64,000 nucleotides of DNA, from positions 155,124,001 through 155,188,000 of the forward strand of contig OX597816.1 of assembly GCA_951406725.2 (NCBI GenBank). Direction: 5' to 3'. The position numbers and the translations under genes were made by a program. The notes beneath the pieces are model-generated. The model searched no databases. It had not been told where the DNA came from and worked only from the letters and a program-made list of their open reading frames with translations. Below, one piece after another: positions 38,420 through 52,702 of the stretch. This DNA comes from Octopus vulgaris. Its lineage: Eukaryota. Each line of letters opens with the position of its first letter. Within the stretch, counting starts at the first letter, position 1.

Positions 38420-38720
38420 TCATGTCTCGGTCCAGGTGTGATAGAATATTGTCAGGCTGTCTTGAAAATTAAATTTGCTTCTTGGGAATAATGCACCAAA
38501 TCGCTATTCGACCTCGATCATCTGAAAGATAAAGTCCTACCAGTTTTTATACCTCCAAACACAATCAGCGTGATTCGTTCTATGAATTAGAGTGAATCTT
38601 TGTACAAAAGAGTAAGCTCCAAGATCATGACTGCAAATCTTGTATAAAAGAATTATTGGCGTGATCATCAGATCGCTCTTGGAAATTAGCATTATGGTAC
38701 TAAGTGGTACAATGAATCTG
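38420..38720 (+). pseudogene. Very degraded LINE RT N-terminal fragment (CR1/L2-like)
   Basis: Ordered remnants resembling PG.D.I, KVLPVF, SKIM..ILYKRII and .YG across broken frames. Confidence 0.35.
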
Positions 38721-39180
38721 GAGTAAAATCTATCAAAACTACAAAACAAAATATACAGATATGTGCATGCTCTATCTCTTAATACTTGCACATATACTCA
38801 TAAACATGCACAACTACTCTGATGATGTTGTTGAAATTTCAATGGAGGGGTTTGGATCTAGGCGACATACCGACTATTTTTTCCATTGGCAAGGAATCTT
38901 GAAATAGCATTAAATAAATAGACGTGAATACATACTGTTATATCCTTATGGATAAATGAATACACTACAGCAGTATAATAACAAAATAATCGAAACAAAC
39001 AGCGGTAACCACACGGTACGTAACAGCAATATTTTAAGAACCAACAATCTAACACGCTAATCGGAACTGTAAACTTTGAACTCCAACTTTGTACGATCAA
39101 CACACGAACTGTGGAATTAGCACGTACTACCTCAGTTACTCAGACTGCTACAATATATATGTGCAGTGATCCAGTCCATT

Positions 39181-39197
39181 CTCGCCAGGGGGCGTCA
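39181..39197 (+). promoter_or_regulatory. Candidate CTCF-binding motif
   Basis: CTCGCCAGGGGGCGTCA is close to the CC.CCAGGGGGCGC core, in otherwise AT-rich non-repetitive intron. Motif match only. Confidence 0.3.
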
Positions 39198-40190
39198 TAC
39201 TCTTGCACAACACATAGGCATATGATTAAGCGTACGTTTGTGCATGTGAGTTAGTGATTACAATTTTGTTTTATTTTTATCATGCATGTGTGGTTAAAAA
39301 GATTACGTATTTATAAGTCATTATTGTCCCTTTTATGACGTAATTTTTTAATTGCGTGAAATGAATCTAATTGAACGCAGAAATTGATGTCAATGCGTCA
39401 GTTCCAATACACGGCTTTGTTCAATAAAAGAAAATTAACAATTATGATTATATATAGAGATAGAATTTACGAATATATATTAACAGACACAACTATCTCT
39501 ATCCATCTATCAATCTCCTACACACTTTAGCTCACACGATCACACTTTCTCTCTATGTATATGCATAAACACATGCACGCGTACATATATGTATGGTGAT
39601 CTAAAAGTGCTTTTAGCAATATGTTATGGAGATCTAAAGCTATACAACACAACATGACTATACTATAATTATGTTCATACAAAAAAAGCGGATAAATAAA
39701 ATAAGAGATGAACCGGTGAGTGTTAAAAGCATCAAACATTTAAAAAAAGCTATACAGATATAAGTACAAATGTAATTAAGGAAAAAAACGGAAATCAGGT
39801 AAGTGAGACATTATAGTAGATCTTCATGTATGATGTGTCGATGTCCTGAAAGTTCACTCTAATCCCTAAGATAAGAACGTAGAATTCGTATAATTGATAG
39901 GTCGGGAGGTATCTAGAGAATTCATATTAGAACTTGACAACTAGGAGGAAAGAAAATAGTGGTAATCTTTTAAAGCTGTATCTGGCTTTTGTTGCTCATT
40001 AAATGCAATACTGTGCATTGGGTTTACATATAATTGAAACAAATTGACGTTTTCAAATGTAGATGAAATATCAAAAAATTGCATTATATTAACACTCGTC
40101 ACGTCATTGGAAGGAAATAAAATTTTTGTTGTTGAATACACGCACACACACGCATGCACACACACACACGCACACAAGCACAAACACACA

Positions 40191-40237
<47 letters not shown>

Positions 40238-40626
40238 GTATGCAACGAAAACACACACACATAAAACAAAACGTAGCAATTCATCACATTTAGTTGTCGC
40301 TGTAACTCTTTTACAACACGTGGTTCATTATCACATGATTTCAAGTTTCGTTGGCACAAAACACGCATCAACACGTGCTCTGAATCAAAGGGCAAATGTG
40401 TACATGTGGGAGTTGCGTCAAAATCATAATTTAACCAAGTAGTAAAATATAGAACGATACAACAAGGGGGGGGGGGTCAGATTCGAATAAATACAGAAGT
40501 CGGTATAAACTATGAAAAATAATCTGAAAGTTATGCTCCAACAAAATCCGAAATCAATAATAATAGTAAGAAGTGAAACTAATAAAACAATACATAGATA
40601 CATACATACATACATGCACACACACA

Positions 40627-40730
<104 letters not shown>

Positions 40731-40759
40731 AATAAAAACTTACTTGGAGAAGAGAAATA

Positions 40760-40912
40760 GAGAAAAGGGAAAGTTTACGAAAATAAACAAAAGACGAAGG
40801 CAGGTGAAGTACAAACAAACAAATGTATTAGTGTAGCGCTCAGGAATAGAAAAAGTCTTTTACCTTTCGAGCCTACGCTCTTCGACAGAAAGATACACAG
40901 AAGAAAACAAGG
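40760..40912 (-). mobile_element. Penelope-like pLTR end with hammerhead-like motif (40856-40893)
   Basis: UCUUU-CUGUCGA-A-GAGC(GUAG)GCUC-GAA-AGGU-A-AAAGA. Downstream cctgagcg...taata is shared with 63520-63600 and 45180-45300. Confidence 0.7.
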
Positions 40913-40933
40913 ACATACACACATACACACATA

Positions 40934-41013
<80 letters not shown>

Positions 41014-42838
41014 GTATGCGGAGGGATATAGCGACTATCATGAAAGCAATAATAATAAAGATAATGAGCAAAATATATAAAACAAACACAAACATTATTT
41101 CTAATAATGAAAACGTAGATAACTTTATACATGGAAAATGTGATTGCGCTAGGAGAACGCAATGCAAATTTTAAAATATCTATAAGGTAAGAAATACAAC
41201 TGTCTTCGTCTTTTGGTTTCTGTAAATTCCAACAATATATATATATATATATATAGGTTCTGTATTTGGTTTTCAAAATTCTTTATATGATTTCGTGTGC
41301 TGAAGAATATTTTATTGTCTAGGGAGGACCATTCTCTTTTAGTGCCTTAACACAACCACCGGTTCGATTTCCACTCTCTTATTTCTTTCTTTCTAAAATT
41401 TTTATTGCATTTTGCAACTTCTTCAATAGTCGTCGACACGCATACATGCACACACAAGTACATACATAAATACATACATGCATGCATGCATGCATACATA
41501 CATGCATACATACATGCATACATACATTCATACATACATAAATACATACATAAATACATACATACATACATATATGTATACACATGCGCACTGATGCACA
41601 CACATGCCAACAAACAAACAAACAAAAAGAACGCAGCTCTGATAACGGACAGAGTCAATGACTATTAAAGAGTTTGCAAGATACAACGAAAATTTTAGAA
41701 AAAATAAATAAGTATATGAGCGGAAATCGAACCGGTGAGTGTGTTAAGTAATAATGCACTAAAAGAATATGACTCTCCCCAGACACAATAATATATATAT
41801 ATATGTATATGTATGTATATATGTATGTATGTATATATATGTATATATATTAATGAGTGTGTATATATATGTAAGTCTCATCTATTCAGTATGGAAATAG
41901 AATATACAAAACATCAAATTATCGGTACACCTTAATTAAAAAGTTGCAAAAGATATGTTACTTTACTATTACAACGTATATCACCCTACTGGTTTCTCTT
42001 CACCAAACTTGAAAGAATGAACAGTTATGATGAAACGTTAAAACGAAATGTGTTTTAAAGAAACTTTCTGATAGAAATAATATAAAAGCTCAGATATATA
42101 ATAAATAGCAAATCATTTGGTTTAATGCTCTCCTTAGTCTCATTATCTAAATACATATATTGCTAAGCACATCTTTAATTATCACAACTGACACTCTCCG
42201 AAGAATCATAAATATTGAATTTTTAATAGAAATAATGCTAATTTAGTTTCAGCTCTTAATATAATTTTCTAAAAATCTAGGAAACCCTACGACTATCATT
42301 CATAAATATCTACATGCCAAATCTTATAAACAGGTTAACTAAGGTTAAGACAGCTTTCAGAGATTTATTGATTTATCGAGTATTCACCTTAAACACTTTT
42401 TATTTGAGTTGTCACCATTTTGTTTCTACAAATATATAAGCCTGTTGAAATATTTTGAGTCATGTGAGAAGTGAATATTATGTATTACATGGATCAACGT
42501 TCTAAAAAGAATGTTCCATATATTTTGAAACGATTGTTTCTCCTCAGTGTGTTTATTCAACGGATTATTCCAGTGTATGAGTTGAAAATTATTGAAAACA
42601 TTACTCTCATTGCTATAAAATTGGTAAATTATGAAACTAATAATCGCAGTCTTATTTCAGCTTAAAATATAATACGCATATAGGCACACACACGTATACA
42701 CACAAATGCATATGTACCCTGAGCAAGCTAAAGCTTCGAAGTCACTGTCAACTTTCACACGTAATAGTTAATGTATTATTCAGTAGCTTTTCAGTAGTAG
42801 TTTCACGTTAAGTTGTTTTAATACACAGCTTAACCTAA

Positions 42839-42905
<67 letters not shown>

Positions 42906-42928
42906 TCACACACACATTTATCACTATA

Positions 42929-43330
42929 AGGAGTGGCTGTGTGGTAAGTAGCTTGTTTACCAACCACATGGTTCCGGGTTCAGTCCCACTGCGTGGCACC
43001 TTGGGTAAGTGTCTTCTACTATAGCCTCGGGCCGACCAAAGCCTTGTGAGTGGATTTGGTAGACGGAAACTGAAAGAAGCCCGTCGTATATATGTAGATA
43101 TGTGCGTGCGTGTGTGTGTTTTTGTCTGTCTGTGTTTGTCCCCCTAGTATTGCTTGACAACCGATGCTTGTGTGTTTATGTCCCTGTTACATAGCGGTTC
43201 GGCAAAAGCGACCGATAGAATAAGTATTGGGCTTACAAAAGAATAAGTCCCGGGGTCGAGTTGCTCGATTAAAGGCGGTGCTCCAGCATGGCCGTCGTCA
43301 AATGACTGAAACAAGTAAAAGAGTAAAGAG
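42929..43330 (+). mobile_element. Full-length tRNA-derived CORE-type SINE with internal (TG) tract
   Basis: A box gtggctgtgtggtaag, B box ggttcagtccc, CORE-like ggcaccttgggtaagtgtcttct, tail ggcggtgctccagcatggcc...tgactgaaacaagtaaaagag. Further pieces at 32495-32550, 54275-54445(-), 59865-60050(-) and 63693-63832(-). Confidence 0.92.
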
Positions 43331-43406
43331 TATATCTATTGCAATATATATATATTCACACACATACACATGTATATATGTATATACATATGCGTATACA
43401 CACACA

Positions 43407-43453
<47 letters not shown>

Positions 43454-43593
43454 GCACGCACACACATGCACTCACACATAAACATACACACATGCATATA
43501 TGAAGGAAGAAAGAGAGAGAGAAGGAGAGAAAGAGAGAAAGAGAGAGATGACAAAGATATATGACTAATATTTTCCTATTCATATCATTTCAG

Positions 43594-43753
43594 TATTTTG
43601 GCTCTTGGTGCTGAAGGTGGCAGGGCAATAGCTCCACTACACCAGTCACGTGAAGCGAAGCAGTTAGCTCCATATGCGATGGCGTACTTTCATCTATCTG
43701 AAGGTACAAAACTCAATATCTTGATCGGTCAGAAAGGTCAAGACGCTTGTTCC
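43594..43753 (+). CDS. ALK: Next coding exon of the same ALK/LTK-family gene
   Basis: Acceptor catttcAG|T and donor TCC|GTAAGT. 160 nt. AG+T completes a Ser codon with the previous exon, giving ...GEY-S-ILALGAEGGRAIAPLHQSREAKQLAPYAMAYFHLSEGTKLNILIGQKGQDACS, matching ALK YSISGYGAAGGKG...FNL.K...LYILVGQQGEDACP. Confidence 0.9.
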
Positions 43754-44689
43754 GTAAGTAATATTTATATTGCATTTCTGCTTTGCTTTTAGTTTATGTC
43801 GATGTGAAATTCCAGAGTACAAGTGATAACTTCAAGTAGGAAGGCAGTAACAAATTTATTTGCACACGTAAAAAATTCTTTCATGCAGAACATTACAATA
43901 TCTGAAAGCGGGAATTTATTCTATAGACCAATTGATATGATACAAAGTATAATTATTATTGTTTATATTCAATTTTTAAGGTCTATATCAAGCTGAATTT
44001 ATCTAGTATCAATCTTCTATACATTGTCGGAAACGTTTCTCTGTATATTAGCGTTGAAGTATTAGTACAACCATGGTCTTCTGGTGATTGATGAGCTAAC
44101 TTTCTTTATGTTGTTTGATTGTAAAAGTACGATTGCTTTGTGCAATGCGCAGAACGCATAGTGGCGGAGACATGTAAAATAATTGGATCTTTTCTGCTTA
44201 GCTGCACCTGTGGAAATTTCAAACTTAGTGGAAATTTTAAAACTTGGTGTATTGATGTAATTTTCTACGCTAAACCTCAGGGAGTATTTAACTGAAAGGT
44301 TTTTTAAAAACGTTATAGGGTTTCAAGTTTCATGATTTTTACGCAGTTATAAAACAAAATTTGGAAGGTGTTATACTGTGTGTGACAGCATTCTGAAAAT
44401 AACACGTGTTTTAATATGAAACTGCAAACAAATCAAATTCTGATTTATGTAACCCCTCATAATATTTTAGTATTTTTTGAAATTTTCAGAAGCTTTTTAC
44501 TAATTGGTATTTTACACACAGGAATTCATGCGTAATTTAAGGTCTATTTAGCAGTTATTTTTAGAACATCTCAGGACCGGAGTACAAGAAGCAGACGAGC
44601 ACAGGCAGCAGAATACAGTGTCAACGCACGTGGTTTCGTGTAGAATATATTTGTCAACACGTGCTTTCTCGCAGACAAGAGAGTTCTCG

Positions 44690-44885
44690 TGTTTCGCCTG
44701 TTACTATGGAAACAGAGATGGATGTGTCTGTGGCTAAAATTATCCAAAATTTGCAAAGTTAAAAAAAATTAACTCTTTATTGAATTATGGCAAAATTAAA
44801 TGCCATGTCAATGATTAGCATAAAACACTACATCATTACACCAAATAAGAAATCAATTGAAACAGAAATTGAAGAAATTGAAAAG
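44690..44885 (+). mobile_element. Interspersed non-autonomous DNA-element end (related copies at 57100-57310 and 58880-59095)
   Basis: Shared order GTTACTA(T/C)GG.A.C ... (gat)tggctaaa ... taactc/taac.ttt ... attag ... ac(c)aaat..gaaa.caatt.gaac. Confidence 0.6.
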
Positions 44886-44913
44886 TGACAGCCAAACAGA
44901 GAAGATCCAAATA

Positions 44914-44967
<54 letters not shown>

Positions 44968-45099
44968 CATTATTGCATGACGAAGGCAGCAAAAGGGCGT
45001 TAATACTATAGATATCACGTGGTTAAATATACATACGTATAATATCTATATCTGTATCTATATCTATTTCTGTCTATATATCTATCTATTTATCCACCA

Positions 45100-45179
<80 letters not shown>

Positions 45180-45631
45180 GGAAGAATTCACAAAAATAAA
45201 AGAAAAGATGCAGACAGGTGTACTAGACAACAAACAGATATATTTGTTTAACTCTCGGGAAATGAAAAGGTCTTTAACATTTTGAGCCTACGCTGTTCCC
45301 TTGTTAGTGTATCGATATTTTACTCTTCTTACAACATTAAGAGTTTTTAACTATTATTTGAAACAATATAGGTGCTTCTTCACCATCAATCACATTTAGC
45401 GACGATCAAATTTTTGATTTTGGTATTATATTGGGCCTAGCTGTTTAAACTAATATTCAGAGCAGATGAATTTATATGTGCGTGTATGTGTGTGTTCTAT
45501 CTACATTGGTGTGTATGTATATATGTGCGTATGTATATATGCATATATATACCATATATATGTGTGTGTGTATGTGTGTGTCTGTGTGTATTTATGTTCA
45601 TATCTGATTGTGATGTTCGTGTATACATATA

Positions 45632-45673
<42 letters not shown>

Positions 45674-45703
45674 TTATCTATCCGTCTGTCTGTCTATCTA
45701 TCA

Positions 45704-45738
<35 letters not shown>

Positions 45739-45745
45739 ATATATA

Positions 45746-45949
<204 letters not shown>

Positions 45950-45960
45950 TGAATATATAT

Positions 45961-46227
45961 GTGGAGGCGCAATGGCCTAGTGGTTAGGGCAGCGGACTCG
46001 CGGTCGTAGGATCGCGATTTCGATCCCCAGGCCGGGCGTTGTGAGTGTCTATTGAGCTCCGGCAGGGGTGGTGGCGAACCCTGCTGTACTCTTTCGCCAC
46101 AACTTTCTCTCACTTTTTCTTCTGTTGGCCTGCTCGCTTAGCCAGCGGGGTGGCGTCATTTGAAGGCTAAAACAATGCGAAGCGCATTGTGACCAGCGAT
46201 GTGATAGCCTGGTCGGTCATGGTGATA
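45961..46227 (+). mobile_element. tRNA-derived SINE, same head as 7141-7526, tail type D
   Basis: Head GTGGAGGCGCAATGGCCTAGTGGTTAGGGCAGCGGACTCGCGGTCG. After cacaactttctctcact it switches to ggcctgctcgcttagccagc... Confidence 0.92.
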
Positions 46228-47654
46228 TGAATGTATATGTATACGCACACACCGCACACACACGCACACGTGTGTGTAAAGGTAAGACTCAAGGATCAAG
46301 GTGTAGGAAGTTAGTGAGCTTCAAGCAATCCATGGAAGATATACAATAGTGGTTTATTGACGCAGGAAGTTGTGAATGTTTCCCATATCGAAGTACGATA
46401 AACTGAAAAAAGTTAATTTTATAGTTCAAGGTTAACAATAGGGGTTGTTGTATATGCGAACAAGTATCTTAAAATTAGTGATTGGAGTAGATAAAATCCA
46501 GGCTACATATGTTTCATTGGCAGCGGAAAGTCAGAATTAGTAAATTATCCAAACGAGACCGCAAGCTGCTTTTCAAGTCAAGGATACCTTGATTATATGA
46601 AGTTTACATTGTCGTCACGAGATCCTGATTTAAATCGTTGGGGATTCGATCGAAGATGATTTCATATACTCCATTTCCTAACTTTAGTATATATATATAT
46701 AGTTGAAAAACATCGTTATAGGTATAAATATACCATAAACAAGTATAAAAATGGAAGAGAAAAACATGTTGAATCAAAATTAGATTTAATACAAATTTGG
46801 ATTCAATACATACGCACGTTTCAAAAGACAATACAAATATGTAAGAAAAAAAATTATAATCATAGTAATTATGATTAAATTTATGCATTGTCATTCTCAT
46901 CTGTGTGAGGAATTTTTGGAAGGACACCAAAAAAGGTTTAATAACTTAAAATACAATATAGTATAATAAGGGAGAATACAGATGGAGTATTAGGGAAAAA
47001 TTGGATATTTACAAACAAGTTGTAAAAGGGAAAAAATAACAGTAATAATAATAGTGAGAGAGACGAAAGAGAAAAATGACAAACATATCAATGTGTATGC
47101 AAGTCTGTATGTGCAGTAAAGTATAACATAAAAATAAAAATCTAACGGATATGTTTAAAGAAATAGTAACAGGTCGAGACGAAGTATAGTGTAAACGAGG
47201 CCACGTCTGTATAGTAGAATATAACGCAACAGGTACACTAACAGAAAAAAAACCATAGAGATTTATACGTAGACATATCAATATTGAAACACGAAGAAAA
47301 AGCTAACGAAGAGGCTAAAGGTTCTAGGCAAGTCTATGCTTGAAAAACGTACAATATTTGTCAACACGTACATAAAATGTACATAAAAGCAAACATAAAA
47401 ACCAAAGAGAACTTAGCAAAGAAAAAGCATTGATCACAGACAGGACCGGTTGGTGTATCAAAGAGAGTTACCTTGTTCAAAAACTAGCCCGGGGTAGGGA
47501 AGACAATCAGAAAAATAAGAACAAAAACGAATATATGAAGGAGACGATTATTATAAATTTACAAGTGATAGAAAGAGCGTATACACTTACCATGTAAGGA
47601 TATACAATCATACATATATACATACACACATACACAACACACACACACACACAC

Positions 47655-47701
<47 letters not shown>

Positions 47702-50439
47702 TACATAAACTCACACATACACATACATGGGTGCAAGTGTAAGAGGGAAGAAACAAGTAAAATAAAGGAGTACGTATTCACATAAGACACACACACTCAC
47801 ACACACAAACACAAACACACACACATACACATATATATATATATATATACATAAAACATAATCATACACATACATGTACACGTACACACATATACATATA
47901 TAAATCAATCAATCAATCAATAAATAAATAAATATATATATATCTACACACATATACAGACACTTATATGTACTTATATATAAATACATAGATAAAAAGA
48001 CAGACACAGATTTATATACATACATACACACATGCAAATACATGTATACACGTACACATATACATATGCATACACAGATACACACATTTATACACACGTT
48101 TATACACACATACATACAAAAGCACACATATATACACATCCACACAAGCATAAAGAACACATGTACATGCAAATACACCAAACAAAAACTACACAGAAAT
48201 AAACACATATATGTGTGCGTGTTAATGCATCCATACAGACAAAACAAGTATACATATACACATATACATGTGTATAGACATATAGACACAAACATAAAAT
48301 ACATTCATTCGCAAACATAAAAAACATACACATACATACATACAATGTTTTCCGTTCGTTTCTGTAGTTAAGTGTATGTTCGTATGCTTATTTATTACAC
48401 ATGTTTTGAATCACACGCACATACACACACACACACACACACACAGACACACACACACACACACACACACAAGCATGTCATGTTTTCCGCCATCTTTTTA
48501 TTTAATCCTGAAAATATCATTTATGTAACGTACAATCAATGTGTCTGCGCATGCACGAACAAAGGAAATGGTTAGCATTTTAATACATGTTAATTATTTT
48601 CACTGCATGTCTTACCACCTGAATTAAATACCATGGGGCTGCAATGTGCATGCGTTGATGGAAGATGAAGCAGAAAGTAATGAGATAAAATGCTGCAGGG
48701 GGCTGATGATAGCGTTTAATATCGTAAATGCTGTTCCGTGAAAGGACTGCTTGTGACAACAAAAGCCGAACAAGGACGATTAATTATCCTAAATGCATAA
48801 TAACTGAAATAACAATGTAAAGATATCTAAGTATACATTGCGACAATCATGTAGAACAATAAGACATAATGGTATAATAAAAATAACACATTTGCCGTCG
48901 AAAAAATATTATGAAAGACTGAAGGAATTAATTGTATTTGTTATATTATTTCATAAGACACATTACATGACATGTTAAAATGAGACAATGCAAAGGAAAC
49001 AAGCAATAGATAAAGGAAAATATTATGTATAAATGTCACAGTACTTCATGTTGAACTATCTGTACGCAAAATGCCATCAAGCATTGTGGAATCTATCTTC
49101 ACTAAAATAATCAAATGAGGAAAATGGAGGCCAGTAAGGAATTCTGCAGTTTATATACGTAAACTAATATGAAGTGGAGCTAGTTTTGCCAATTCTTTCT
49201 TCTCATTTCCATTAACATTTTCATAATTAAAAAATTAATCGAGCACAAGAAGGATTTGAACTTGAAGAGTTTATGAATGAAACAATATGAAACCTGGCTT
49301 ACAACATTTCACTTTCTACCATTCCACTCTCATTCCGATAATGGTTTCATCTTTCGAGACACGGCCAGTAGATTTAGGAGGACGGGTTATTCGTATATAT
49401 CAGCCTAGTACTTAGCCGGTACTTGTTTTTGTTGAACTTGAAAGAGGGAAGGCAAAGTCGACCTCTGCTGATTCTGAACTCAGAACGTAAAGATGTTCCT
49501 CCCGCCCCAAAAGACTAAAGATTTTGTTCGACGCGCTCAGTTTTCCCAGACTTCTATTTATTCTCGTTAGAATAATGATAAACGTTTCCTTTCACGTGGG
49601 GTAGTGAAATCTAAATTTAATCGTATCTTGTGTATGACTAATAATTATCCATTGCCAGAGGAATGAAAGACAAACTCAACCACTGTTGGGATTCTGAAGC
49701 GAAACTATGACAGATACACTACACTTCATACTATAAAGCATTTATATAGCCATTAGCGAAGACAAATACTTACAAACATATAGATATATAGATAGATTGA
49801 TAGATAGATAGGAGGCGATTTTGTATGTTACGTTGCTAATTGAAGTTTCTTATTTATCATATTTCGTAGAGGAACAGGAAAATGTTCTGAGTTGTAACCC
49901 AAGAAGTGCCAACAGTGTAAGTTATTGTACTCTACACTGTATTGGGCATCTTTTCTTTCCTTCCTAAACAAAGACTTTCTTCTGCCCATTCATTCCTATT
50001 CCTCCATTTTTTTCACATATTTCAGGATTCAATATGTTGCTTTCTGAATCAGGTATCAGATTACAGTTTAACACGTGACAAAACAATCCCATGTACATAG
50101 GAATACGTGTACATATGTACCTATAGACACATATGCATACATATAGCCATATATATACCTACATACAAATATGCATATGTACATGCATATATTAATTATA
50201 CAACGATATATACACATATATTTACATATATATGCATATATACATGTACGTATATACGCACGCACACACATATGTACACTCACTTAAATATGTATAGATT
50301 ATACATATATATGGACATACAACATAAACACACAGTCCAATATAAATGCAAACACAACTGCCTATTCAGTAAACAAAGTTAAACATACATACACAAACGG
50401 ATAGGGATACATACATTATACATATATATATATGATGAT

Positions 50440-50895
50440 CTTCAAAGTCACTACTGCTGTCTACATAGAGGTGTTGGAGAAATTTGAGCTCATGAGTAGT
50501 CCGAATACCCAACGCCTTTCAACAACACCTACACCTTCCAAAAAGACTTTGTACCGTCTTATAGGACACGGACAACCCAAGCTTGGATGTGTACCAATCT
50601 TCATGATCACTTTCTCCTAGATACATGCTCTTCTAGCTCACCAGTTCTCAGTTACGTGTGGGCTATTACGTAAGGGAGTTAGCCGAGAGAGAGGTCAATC
50701 AACACACTCACGATAGCATATAATCTGATGAAGCAACCATTGATGTGAACGTATTCATCGAATAGGTCTGATAATAGGATCTTCAAAATTATTTGTACCA
50801 ATTTGTTTCCAAATACAGGTCATTTTGATGAGCTACGCGTCTTTTATTTTAAAATTCATTCCTATAAGTGACCTCGAAAACAGATGCATCCTGTA
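50440..50895 (+). mobile_element. Degraded Tc1/mariner-superfamily transposase 3' half with TIR-like end
   Basis: VYIEVLEK...YTFQKDFVPSYRTRTTQAWM..NLHDH...SSSPVL...YYV.G..EREVNQH, resembling FQQD.AP.H....TQ.W....WPPSSPDLNPLDYYVWG. Ends in catcctgTA. Confidence 0.75.
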
Positions 50896-51425
50896 TAAGA
50901 AACTGATAAAATCCAACCTTACACTTGATAGCCAAATGCTTGTTAGTATATTATTATATTAATAATGTAAATATATTTAATGAAGTGTAGGAAAAATAAT
51001 TTTAATTATCAATCAATTAAAATTATAGCCACCTCTGAGAAGAAAAGCCTTATCATTGACGATCGAATATATAGTGTAACATCGAGAAACGAGAATGGCA
51101 TTGCCAACTGTATTTCAAGCCTTCATTACCATAGAATGAGTCAATATAATATGTATAGTGCTGTACAAGACGCATTTAAATATTTCACTTGCAACATAGA
51201 AAAGGATTTACTCTTTTTTAAAGCGCTTTAAGGTTGATTCAAGGACATATTTCTGGGTTCAAATCAAAGCAATGTTAACTTAATGTTGCAGCAGCCAAGG
51301 ACTTCGATCAGTGGAATTCATGTAAAATAGCTGTTTCAAATACCCTACGTTATTTCCTGTCCTTCAACTGTACTCGTAAGGTAGTTTCAGTTGAAATACA
51401 AACCCAGGTTATTATATCATTCTTT

Positions 51426-51645
51426 AGGGTGGCGAGCTGGCAGAATCGTTAGCACGCTGGACGAAATGCTTAGCAATATTTCGTTTGCCGTTACGTTCTG
51501 AGTTCAAATTCCGGCGAGGTCGACTTTGCCTTTCATCCTTTCGGGGTCAGTAAATTAAGTACTAGTGAAACACTGGAATCAATGTCATGACTAGTCCCCT
51601 CCGCACCAAATTTCAGGCCTTGTGCCTTCACTAGAAAGGATTATA
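51426..51645 (+). mobile_element. tRNA-derived SINE with Meta-type central domain
   Basis: gggtggcgagctggcagaatcgttagcac...gagttcaaattcc...gtcgactttgcctttcatcctttcggggtc...taagtac. The domain name is assigned from memory. Other fragments at ~2350-2415, 28570-28630 and 49400-49530(-). Confidence 0.88.
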
Positions 51646-52553
51646 CAATTTCATCTCACATCTCATTGTAACTCGTATTACTGTATATTCCGGTGGTTTT
51701 TCAGAGTCAAATACACGAACTACAGAAACACACGACCCCCCCCCCCCCACTTCTCTCTCACTCTCTCTTTAAAGTTGCTCTACATTTCGCTGTAACAAAG
51801 GAAGAAACATTTTATAAATTCTGTATCGATTGTTCCAACAGTCCCGAAGGGAGACAACAGCTATGAAGCGGAAAAAGAGGGAAATAGTTTCCAATATATA
51901 TGTATGAACATGCACACACAAACACACACACATGCATATATATATATATATATATATATATTACACATAAACACACAGTTATATATATTGGATAAATGCC
52001 GTGTGTATTATAATACATTCGCATTATAAATTCCATGTATATAGATACATACAGGCGTGTGTATTTGTTTGTTGTGTGTGTGTGTGTGTGTGCAATTCAT
52101 TCAGGCTAATACCTTTGATATATTTTTTCAATGAAAATTTGTGATGAAATTTTAGCTATTTATATTTGAAATACATTGACTGGTATTCTTGCTATTTTTA
52201 AAACGAAGTGTATTTTGAATATTTTAGAATTTGACACAATACAACCCAATATAAATTGTATTGTATCATTCTTTCTAGATTTTCTGTGTGAAATGTTTAA
52301 ACAGTCCTTTATTCAATGACTGTTGCAAAAGCGCTCAGTTCTGATAACATTAACTCCTTTAGGCGCCTCATATGTACTATATTTTCGTATGTAGGTACAA
52401 ACTCAATAAACGTCTTTCCTACGCTTCCTGTTATTTATTTCTTCTCTATCACCTATCTATCTTTATGTGTTTAATAATTTTTCGCCTATTTTTTTCATAT
52501 ATTTTCACTTATTTTTTTCCATTGATCCTCATTATATATATTTCATTTTCTCT

Positions 52554-52595
<42 letters not shown>

Positions 52596-52702
52596 TATGT
52601 GTGTGTGCATGCGCACATTATGTGTGTGTGTGTATGTATGTATGTATGTATGTATGTATGTATGTATGTATGTATGTATGTATGTATGTATGTATGTATG
52701 TA

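Noticed and set aside
45961-46035. tRNA gene calls at SINE heads (also 7450-7526, 10396, 16123)
   Set aside because: There is no proper acceptor stem, and each continues into SINE body and tail, some with TSDs.
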